A stretch of 11,038 nt of DNA, taken from NCBI GenBank assembly GCA_965662845.1, contig CBFIJD010000062.1, forward strand, positions 1-11,038, given 5' to 3'. The notes beneath the pieces were generated by a model, which was not told the DNA's origin, ran no database searches, and saw nothing but the letters and a program-made list of their open reading frames with translations. Positions 1-6,189 of this stretch are shown piece by piece. The DNA comes from an uncultured bacterium (GTDB lineage Bacteria; SAR324; NAC60-12). Position 1 is the stretch's first letter, and each line of letters begins with the position of its first letter. The translations under genes and the position numbers were made by a program.

Positions 1-2
1 AT

Positions 3-251
3 TCAAAATATATCTATGCTACATTAGTCAGGTCACAAATTAAGGAACTGGGCTGGTATCGAAATGGCAATTTTTTTAGTAAAAAACCTATACCGTATAA
101 CAGTTTAATTGATATGTGTAAAAAACTTTGCAACCTAGAGTTAACAAAAAGCGAAAACGTTAAAATCATTCAAAAAGCCGTATGGCTTACCGATGCAGTG
201 GCGGGGGATGCAATTCAGCAGTGGAAATGGCAGATGAATATAACTCGATAA
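3..251 (+). CDS. Partial (5'-truncated by window edge) AT-rich hypothetical protein, probable integron cassette ORF
   Basis: Hand translation of frame +3 is open from the edge to TAA at 249-251 (82 aa: SKYIYATLVRSQIKELGWYRNGNFFSKKPIPYNSLIDMCKKLCNLELTKSENVKIIQKAVWLTDAVAGDAIQQWKWQMNITR*). Count of 106 G+C in 1-300 (about 35%). Lies just upstream of, and co-oriented with, an attC site. Absent from the ORF track because its start is outside the window. No family recognised. Confidence 0.7.
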   Translation, partial: SKYIYATLVRSQIKELGWYRNGNFFSKKPIPYNSLIDMCKKLCNLELTKSENVKIIQKAVWLTDAVAGDAIQQWKWQMNITR

Positions 252-266
252 GAAGTAATCAATAGA

Positions 267-291
267 GCGTAATAACGCCAGAGTATTACGC
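267..291. repeat. 8-bp perfect inverted repeat with 9-nt spacer between the cassette ORF stop and attC
   Basis: GCGTAATA (267-274) and TATTACGC (284-291) are exact reverse complements. Function unknown. Confidence 0.55.
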
Positions 292-313
292 AGTATGTTT
301 ACGTAACTTCCAA

Positions 314-373
314 GCCTAACTCAACGCTCCAGCCGACTTCGCTAACGCTACGCGGCTGAGCTTTGCGTTAGCC
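314..373 (+). mobile_element. attC: Integron attC recombination site (59-base element)
   Basis: R'' GCCTAAC (314-320, fits RYYYAAC); 5-nt spacer TCAAC; L'' GCTCCAGC (326-333); L' GCTGAGC (355-361, complement of L'' minus one extra C); 5-nt spacer TTTGC; R' GTTAGCC (367-373). The stem continues CG/CG (334-335 with 353-354), then an unpaired A336, then C337:G352. The bottom strand therefore has the canonical extrahelical G and T. The 60-bp length and layout match short aadA-type attC sites. Confidence 0.9.
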
Positions 374-682
374 GTAAAACGGAACCATCGTAAATCACTT
401 GACAAATCAAAGATCGGCGCCCTCCGCTCCTTCCACGGGGCCCAGAGCTTTACCACCCTCCGGGCCTGCTGCTCTTCGCTCAACAAACAGAGTCGCTCCA
501 TCTTCCAAGCGTTCGAAACCCTCTTCCTCGGAAAAGAGCTACCCCTTAAGCTCTTCGCCTGAGACCCCCTGCTGAACAGTTACCAAAAATCTATCATTTT
601 GAGACCACCGCCCACCTCGCTGGCGGAGTTTCATCTTGTTTTCTCGGCGCACCCTTCTTATCGTCTTCGCCTTTTGTGACGC

Positions 683-1795
683 ATGTTTGACCGCCGTCTG
701 CTGGCCCATTTTGACTGGACGCTGCTCGGGATTGTGCTGCTGCTGTGTGGCACGGGTCTCATGGCCTTGTATTCGGCGACGCTTGGAAATCCTGACATGG
801 CGCACTATCTGCCTCGGCAAGCGTTGTGGATGGGCCTCGGCTTAGGCGGCGCGCTGACCACGACGTTGATTGACTATCGTCTCTGGGCACGGGTTGGTGT
901 ACCGCTGCATTTCGCGTCGATTGTGCTACTGATTTTGGTGCTGCTGGTCGGAACCGGCGGCCCCGGCTCTCCGGTCGAGCGTTGGATCAAGCTCGGGCCG
1001 TTCTTCCTGCAGCCGTCAGAGTTTACGAAGTTCACGTTGGTGCTGGCGCTGGCGCACTATTTTCGCGACAGCCAACGCATCGGGCAGCTGGGCTGGCCAG
1101 TGCTGCTTTGGCCCGCGCTGCTGATGGCGGTGCCCTTGGTTTTGATCTTGCGGCAACCTGACCTTGGAACCTCGCTGTTGCTGCTGATTGTCTTTGTCCC
1201 GATGGTCTTTTTAGCGGGCTTGAAGTTGCAGACGTTGCTCTTCGCGGGAGCGCTGGGCTTGTGCGCGCTGCCGATTGCTTGGAGCTTCGTGCTCAAGCCG
1301 TATCAGAGAGAGCGCGTGCTGACCTTTCTGGATCCAGAGCGCGACCCTCTCGGCGCGGGTTATCACATCATCCAGTCGAAAATCGCCGTCGGGAGCGGCG
1401 GCTTGTTTGGGAAGGGGCTCGGCGAAGGAACGCAAGGGCAGCTCAACTTTTTGCCTGCGCACCACACCGACTTCATCTTCTCGGTCTTCGCCGAAGAGTG
1501 GGGCTTTGCCGGGACGATCACGGTGCTGCTGCTGTTCATGGCGCTGATCTTCTGGTCGTTAGGGCACATCCTCAACTCACCGGATCGCGTGAGCGCGATG
1601 CTGACCGTCGGTGTCGTCACGATTCTCACGTCGCATGTGCTGATCAACATTGGCATGACCATCGGCTTGATGCCCGTTGTGGGCGTGCCGCTGCCGTTCT
1701 TCAGCTATGGCGGCTCTTCCTTGTTATCGCAGATGTTTGGCATCGGCTTGTTGCTCAACGTGCGCATGCGCCGCTTCCGTCTGCAAGACCCCTAA
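683..1795 (+). CDS. rodA: Rod shape-determining protein RodA (SEDS-family peptidoglycan glycosyltransferase)
   Basis: 370 aa, many hydrophobic segments. SEDS motifs RWIKLG..QPSEFTK, QPDLGT, GYHIIQSKIAVGSGG, FLPAHHTDFIFSV, GVPLPFFSYGGSS. GTQGQLNFLP is RodA-like rather than FtsW-like. Confidence 0.92.
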   Translation: MFDRRLLAHFDWTLLGIVLLLCGTGLMALYSATLGNPDMAHYLPRQALWMGLGLGGALTTTLIDYRLWARVGVPLHFASIVLLILVLLVGTGGPGSPVERWIKLGPFFLQPSEFTKFTLVLALAHYFRDSQRIGQLGWPVLLWPALLMAVPLVLILRQPDLGTSLLLLIVFVPMVFLAGLKLQTLLFAGALGLCALPIAWSFVLKPYQRERVLTFLDPERDPLGAGYHIIQSKIAVGSGGLFGKGLGEGTQGQLNFLPAHHTDFIFSVFAEEWGFAGTITVLLLFMALIFWSLGHILNSPDRVSAMLTVGVVTILTSHVLINIGMTIGLMPVVGVPLPFFSYGGSSLLSQMFGIGLLLNVRMRRFRLQDP

Positions 1796-1815
1796 CTTTT
1801 TCACTTAACGCAACC

Positions 1816-3255
1816 ATGGTTCGACTTCGCTTCGCTCCCAGCCCCACCGGATACCTGCACGTCGGCGGCCTGCGCACCGCCCTCTTCAGCTACCTGTACG
1901 CGCGGCAACAGGGCGGCACGTTTCTCTTCCGCCTTGAAGACACCGACCAACAGCGCCTTGTGGAAGGCTCTGAGCAAGACCTGCTAGCCATGCTGCGCTG
2001 GGCAGGCGTGGACTGTGACGAAGGGCCCACCCTCGTTGGAGACTTTGGCCCCTACCGACAATCAGAGCGGCTCTCCATCTATCGCACACACCTTGAGCAG
2101 CTCGTCGCACAGAATCACGCCTATGCCTGTTTTTGTAAGCAAGAGCGCCTAGATTCCGTGAAGCGCATGCAGAAAGCCCAAGGCTTGATCCCCAAGTATG
2201 ACGGACACTGCCGCGATTTGCCCCAACCAGAAGTGACATCACGCATCGACGCTGGCGAAGCGCACGTCTATCGCATGCGCCTGCCCGACGAGGCCGAGAA
2301 GGTGCTGATAGACGACCTGATCCGAGGCAAAGTCGTCATTGACACCAACCAGCTTGACGACCAAGTGCTGCTCAAATCCGACGGCTTCCCGACCTATCAC
2401 CTCGCTTGTGTCATTGACGATCACCTGATGCAGATTTCGCACGTGGTGCGCGGCGAGGAGTGGCTGCCCTCCTTCCCCAAACACCTGTTGCTGTACCGCT
2501 ACTTCGGCTGGGAGCCCCCGCAGTTTGCCCACCTGCCCCTGATTTTGAACCCAGACCGCTCCAAACTCAGCAAACGCCAAGGAGATGTCGCCGTCGAAGA
2601 CTTCAAAGCCCAAGGCTACATCGCCGAAGCGCTGGTCAACTTCATCGCCTTACTCGGCTGGAACACCTCCGACGACCAAGAGATCTTCTCCATGCAAGAG
2701 CTTGTCGAAAAGTTCAGCTTTGAACGAGTCGGGAAGGCTGGCGCTGTGTTCGACCGCAACAAGCTCGAGTGGATGAACCAGCAATACATTCAGAAGCTAG
2801 ACCTCGACGATTTGATGTCCCGCCTACAGCCCTATCTGGCGGCATCCGCCTTCGCCGAAAACGATCCAGACTTGCTGCGACGCGCTGTGCAGATCGTACA
2901 GCCCAGCTTGACAAGGCTGCCGCTCGTGCTCGACAAGCTCGCCATCTTCTTCGACGACAAACCCAAACTCGACAAGCCAGAGCTGATTGAGTACCTGAAG
3001 CAGGACGAAGCGCGCACGGTGCTACAAAACTTCCGAGAGCAGCTAGACGCCGCAGACACGCTGGACGAAGCGAGCTTCAAGCAGCTCGTCAAAGCGACAC
3101 AAAAGGCAGTCGGCATCAAAGGCAAAGGCCTCTGGACGCCGCTACGCTACGCGATCACCCTCGAAGAGCATGGCCCCGACCTCAGCATGATGGCGGCTTT
3201 CTTTGGCAAGGAGAAATGTCTGCGCCTGCTCGACGACGCGCTCGGGCTCGCTTGA
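1816..3255 (+). CDS. gltX: Glutamate--tRNA ligase (479 aa)
   Basis: ATG at 1816 gives MVRLRFAPSPTGYLHVGGLRTAL (HIGH-type motif). Also RLEDTDQQR, GPYRQSER, CFC...YDGHC zinc region, DGFPTYHLA, HVVRGEEW and KLSKR (KMSKS-type motif), plus a full C-terminal anticodon-binding domain. The track's 1261 start overlaps rodA and is not used. Confidence 0.96.
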   Translation: MVRLRFAPSPTGYLHVGGLRTALFSYLYARQQGGTFLFRLEDTDQQRLVEGSEQDLLAMLRWAGVDCDEGPTLVGDFGPYRQSERLSIYRTHLEQLVAQNHAYACFCKQERLDSVKRMQKAQGLIPKYDGHCRDLPQPEVTSRIDAGEAHVYRMRLPDEAEKVLIDDLIRGKVVIDTNQLDDQVLLKSDGFPTYHLACVIDDHLMQISHVVRGEEWLPSFPKHLLLYRYFGWEPPQFAHLPLILNPDRSKLSKRQGDVAVEDFKAQGYIAEALVNFIALLGWNTSDDQEIFSMQELVEKFSFERVGKAGAVFDRNKLEWMNQQYIQKLDLDDLMSRLQPYLAASAFAENDPDLLRRAVQIVQPSLTRLPLVLDKLAIFFDDKPKLDKPELIEYLKQDEARTVLQNFREQLDAADTLDEASFKQLVKATQKAVGIKGKGLWTPLRYAITLEEHGPDLSMMAAFFGKEKCLRLLDDALGLA

Positions 3256-3300
3256 CTCCCGAAGCTTTTTCCCAAACGTCTCCCTAGCCTTTTTTCCCTC

Positions 3301-4917
3301 ATGACGAAGGTCTCGAACGTGCGCCCTCTCTCCGTAGTTCTGCTCCTCATCAGCATCAGTTTGGGGGTCTGTCGGTCAGCAGACGCCCTTGAGCTCCCGC
3401 CTGCGTGGCAAAAGCTGCGGCAACAAATCGTGACCCGCGCGCAAGACCCGAACGAGCTGAGGCCAGTGCTCGCGGTGGTGCCCATCCTCCCAGCAGGTGA
3501 ACAGGAGCCCGACGAGCGCTCTCGCGCCCTACAGCAAGCCCTGCTGACCTCGCTGCAACCGGATCTGCCGCAACAGCTCATCCAACCGCAGAGGCTGCAA
3601 CGCATTCTTGACGACTGGAACCAAAGCCTGCGCTTGCAGAGCCGCCAGCTCACCCCCCGCGAACTGGCGGGCCTAGCGGGAGCGGACTGGCTGCTCTCTG
3701 GGACCTACTCGCTGCAAGCCACCACGCTCACCCTGCAGCTCAAGCTGCGCTCCCTCAACACCGGACAATTCCTGGCAGAACAGACCTTAGAGTGGTCGGA
3801 CGACTCGACGACAGCACAACCCGATCCTGTCGCTGAGACACAGCCGCCAGAGAGACTCCTCGATGACTCGACCGCACTGCTCCCTGCTCCAAAAGAAGAT
3901 ATGCAAAATCAAAAAGGGAGCGCGGCATCCGCAACGCAAGAGTCGGACGCACCACGAGCAGCGGTCGCCGCAGAAGAGCAGGCCCCCGTGCAGCCTGAAA
4001 TGAATGAAGATATGCAAATTCAAAATGACGAAGTCCCTGCGAGCAGAAGAGCGACCGCAACGCCAGCACCGGATTCAGCAGGGATGACCCGCCTTGATCC
4101 CACACGAGAACTCTCGGCACTCGACTCGGCAGGGCGCGCCACCGACAACCCTGAACGATCGGAAGAGCCAGCCATCGCCACTCTGGAGCTGCCGTCAACG
4201 GCGGCCATGTCCCGCACGATTCCCTCTTCCACCGAGAAGCCTGGGATGGTTCGCGTCAACGGTGGTCGTTTCCGGATGGGGGCGCTGCAAGGCGCGCTGG
4301 ATGAGCAGCCCGTGCGTTCTGTGGAGCTTGCGTCGTTCTATTTGGATGTGCACGAAGTGACGAATGAAGCGTTCGACCAGTGTGCGAACTGCGTGCGAGG
4401 TTCTGGAGGATTCGACACAGCTCAGCCACAGCAGCCCGTGGTGTATGTGGACTGGGAGAACGCGGCGCGCTACTGCTCTTTTGTGAACAAGCGGCTCCCG
4501 ACCGAAGCGGAGTGGGAATACGCGGTCCGTGCCGGTCGTGCCAACGCCGAAGTCACCGCTGAGGCTCTGACGAGCTTCGCTTGGTTCCAAGAGAACGCAG
4601 AGACCAACACCCAGGCGGCGACTGTCGCGACGAAGCGTCCAAACGCGTGGGGAATTTACGATTTGCAGGGCAATGTCCTGGAGTGGACAGCCGATTGGTA
4701 CGCGCCTTACGGTCTCACAGACCTAGTGAACCCACAGGGGCCGCTGCGGGCAGAGTCGGCGGCGTATCCGCTCAAGGTGGTGCGTGGAGGGGCGTGGAGG
4801 GGGGTGTTTGGAACTGCCGACGCGGACGCTTTGCGTCCGACCAAGCGCTTCGCGTTTCCGACGTGGACACAGTCGTTTCAATTAGGATTTCGCTGCGCTG
4901 CCGATGCCGAGCGCTGA
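3301..4917 (+). CDS. Secreted SUMF1/FGE-sulfatase-domain protein with N-terminal TolB_N/CsgG/LpoB-like domain and disordered linker
   Basis: Signal-peptide-like N-terminus ending in ADA. Domain VLAVVP...LAGADWLLSGTY...LKLRSLNTGQFL (about 3460-3795). A/E/P/S/T-rich linker (about 3796-4240). FGE-fold motifs MVRVNGGRFRMG, FYLDVHEVTN, PVVYVDW, RLPTEAEWEYA, PNAWGIYDLQGNVLEW, VVRGGAW, GFRCA. Confidence 0.85.
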   Translation: MTKVSNVRPLSVVLLLISISLGVCRSADALELPPAWQKLRQQIVTRAQDPNELRPVLAVVPILPAGEQEPDERSRALQQALLTSLQPDLPQQLIQPQRLQRILDDWNQSLRLQSRQLTPRELAGLAGADWLLSGTYSLQATTLTLQLKLRSLNTGQFLAEQTLEWSDDSTTAQPDPVAETQPPERLLDDSTALLPAPKEDMQNQKGSAASATQESDAPRAAVAAEEQAPVQPEMNEDMQIQNDEVPASRRATATPAPDSAGMTRLDPTRELSALDSAGRATDNPERSEEPAIATLELPSTAAMSRTIPSSTEKPGMVRVNGGRFRMGALQGALDEQPVRSVELASFYLDVHEVTNEAFDQCANCVRGSGGFDTAQPQQPVVYVDWENAARYCSFVNKRLPTEAEWEYAVRAGRANAEVTAEALTSFAWFQENAETNTQAATVATKRPNAWGIYDLQGNVLEWTADWYAPYGLTDLVNPQGPLRAESAAYPLKVVRGGAWRGVFGTADADALRPTKRFAFPTWTQSFQLGFRCAADAER

Positions 4918-4926
4918 CCTTGGGGC

Positions 4927-6171
4927 CTAGGCGAAGAGCGAGTCTGTAAACTGACGCGCGTCATAAGGTCGCAGATCTTCGATCCCTTCGCCAATCCCAA
5001 TGTAGCGCACCGGGATGTCGAACTCGTTCACAATGCCAATAATGACCCCGCCTTTCGCAGTGCCATCTAGCTTCGTGAGCACCATGCCTGTCAAATCTGC
5101 GGCATCTCGAAACTCGCGCGCCTGAAAAATTGCGTTCTGCCCGGTCGTCGCATCGAGCACGAGCAAGACTTCATGGGGCGCATCAGGCACGACTTTACGG
5201 ATCACACGCACCATTTTGCGAAGCTCTTCCATCAGGTTTTTCTTGGTGTGCAGCCGACCTGCCGTATCGCAAATCACGACGTCGTAGGCTTCTTTCACCG
5301 CTTTGTCGACGGTTTCAAACATCACAGAAGAGGGGTCTGCGCCGGAACTTTTCGCGATGATGTCGCAGTCGGCTCGTTTGCTCCATTCCGTCAATTGCTC
5401 GATCGCTGCGGCTCGGAAGGTGTCTCCCGCTCCGAGCAAGACCTTCTTTCCCTCTGCTCGGTATTGCGCAGCGAGCTTGCCGATGGTTGTGGTTTTGCCC
5501 ACACCGTTGACTCCCACAATCAGCAGCACGAGCGGCTTTTTGTCTTCGGTCGAGGTGAACGGCGTCTCTTTGTGCAGAATGCGGACGATCTCGTCTTTGA
5601 TGACGGTGCGCAGGCCGTCGGCGTCTCTGAGTCCATTGCGCTCTACTTTTTCGGTCACCAAAGCGAGGATTTGTTCGGTGGTTTCTGGGCCGATATCTGC
5701 GCCTAGGAGGGCTTCTTCCAGATCATCCAAGACCTCATCGTCAATCTCTTTTTTGCCCAGCAAGGCATTGCTGACGCCCCCCCAGAACTGATCGCGCGTT
5801 TTGCTGATGCCGGAGCGCAGCTTCTCGTAGAAGTTTTGAGGTTCGGCGGGTGCGTCTTCTCCGGTGGCGAGCCCTTCGCCAAATTTCTTTGTCAGCGTTT
5901 TTTGTTGTCGTTTCTCTTCTTGTTTGCGCTCAATCTCTGCGCGCAAGACCTCGTTTTTCTCTGTTAATTTAGCGCGTTTGGCTTCTACGGCTTGTCGCTC
6001 TCGCTCTTCACGAGCGGCTTCATACTCAGCAAAATGTTTCTCGGCTTGTTGAGGGGTCAGGTTGTCGCTGGGCAGCCCGATGGCGCCTCCGGACAACAGA
6101 AACACGACTCCAGCGACGAGCGCGCCGCTGCCGAAGACCGTCAACACAAACCAAGCGATAGAAGCAAACAT
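4927..6171 (-). CDS. ftsY: Signal recognition particle receptor FtsY
   Basis: SRP-GTPase motifs GVNGVGKTTTIGKLA, DTFRAAAIEQL, DTAGRLH, DATTGQN, TKLDGTAKGG, IGIGEGIEDL. N domain LEEALLGADIG. No M domain, so not Ffh. Confidence 0.96.
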   Translation of the reverse strand: MFASIAWFVLTVFGSGALVAGVVFLLSGGAIGLPSDNLTPQQAEKHFAEYEAAREERERQAVEAKRAKLTEKNEVLRAEIERKQEEKRQQKTLTKKFGEGLATGEDAPAEPQNFYEKLRSGISKTRDQFWGGVSNALLGKKEIDDEVLDDLEEALLGADIGPETTEQILALVTEKVERNGLRDADGLRTVIKDEIVRILHKETPFTSTEDKKPLVLLIVGVNGVGKTTTIGKLAAQYRAEGKKVLLGAGDTFRAAAIEQLTEWSKRADCDIIAKSSGADPSSVMFETVDKAVKEAYDVVICDTAGRLHTKKNLMEELRKMVRVIRKVVPDAPHEVLLVLDATTGQNAIFQAREFRDAADLTGMVLTKLDGTAKGGVIIGIVNEFDIPVRYIGIGEGIEDLRPYDARQFTDSLFA

Positions 6172-6189
6172 GAGAGGCTGCCGAAGAGG

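Noticed and set aside
399..404. Perfect TTGACA -35 hexamer upstream of rodA
   Set aside because: No -10-like element 16-18 nt downstream (the sequence there is CCTCCGCT).
316..501. 61-aa - strand ORF ending inside attC
   Set aside because: Short, spans the attC and the GC breakpoint, and has no recognisable features; likely chance.
608..645. Hairpin CCGCC-N9-GGCGG followed by T-rich sequence before rodA
   Set aside because: The stem is only 5 bp with a large loop and an interrupted T tract, too weak to call a terminator or attenuator.
1261..1815. 185-codon N-terminal extension of gltX in the ORF track
   Set aside because: Overlaps rodA in another frame and has Arg-rich shadow composition. 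GluRS homology starts at ATG 1816.
4381..4395. CANCV (CxxC) in the FGE-domain protein as a heme c site
   Set aside because: Lacks the His of CxxCH; more likely a disulfide or incidental.
4770..4917. Possible diversity-generating retroelement variable region at the C-terminus of the FGE-domain protein
   Set aside because: FGE folds are common DGR targets, but I saw no template repeat, reverse transcriptase or downstream hairpin in the window. A genome-wide BLASTN showing a copy differing only at adenines would be needed.
3301..4917. Switch from C-rich to G-rich + strand composition near 4240 as evidence of recent gene fusion
   Set aside because: Only spot-counted, and it can be explained by the different amino-acid composition of the domains.
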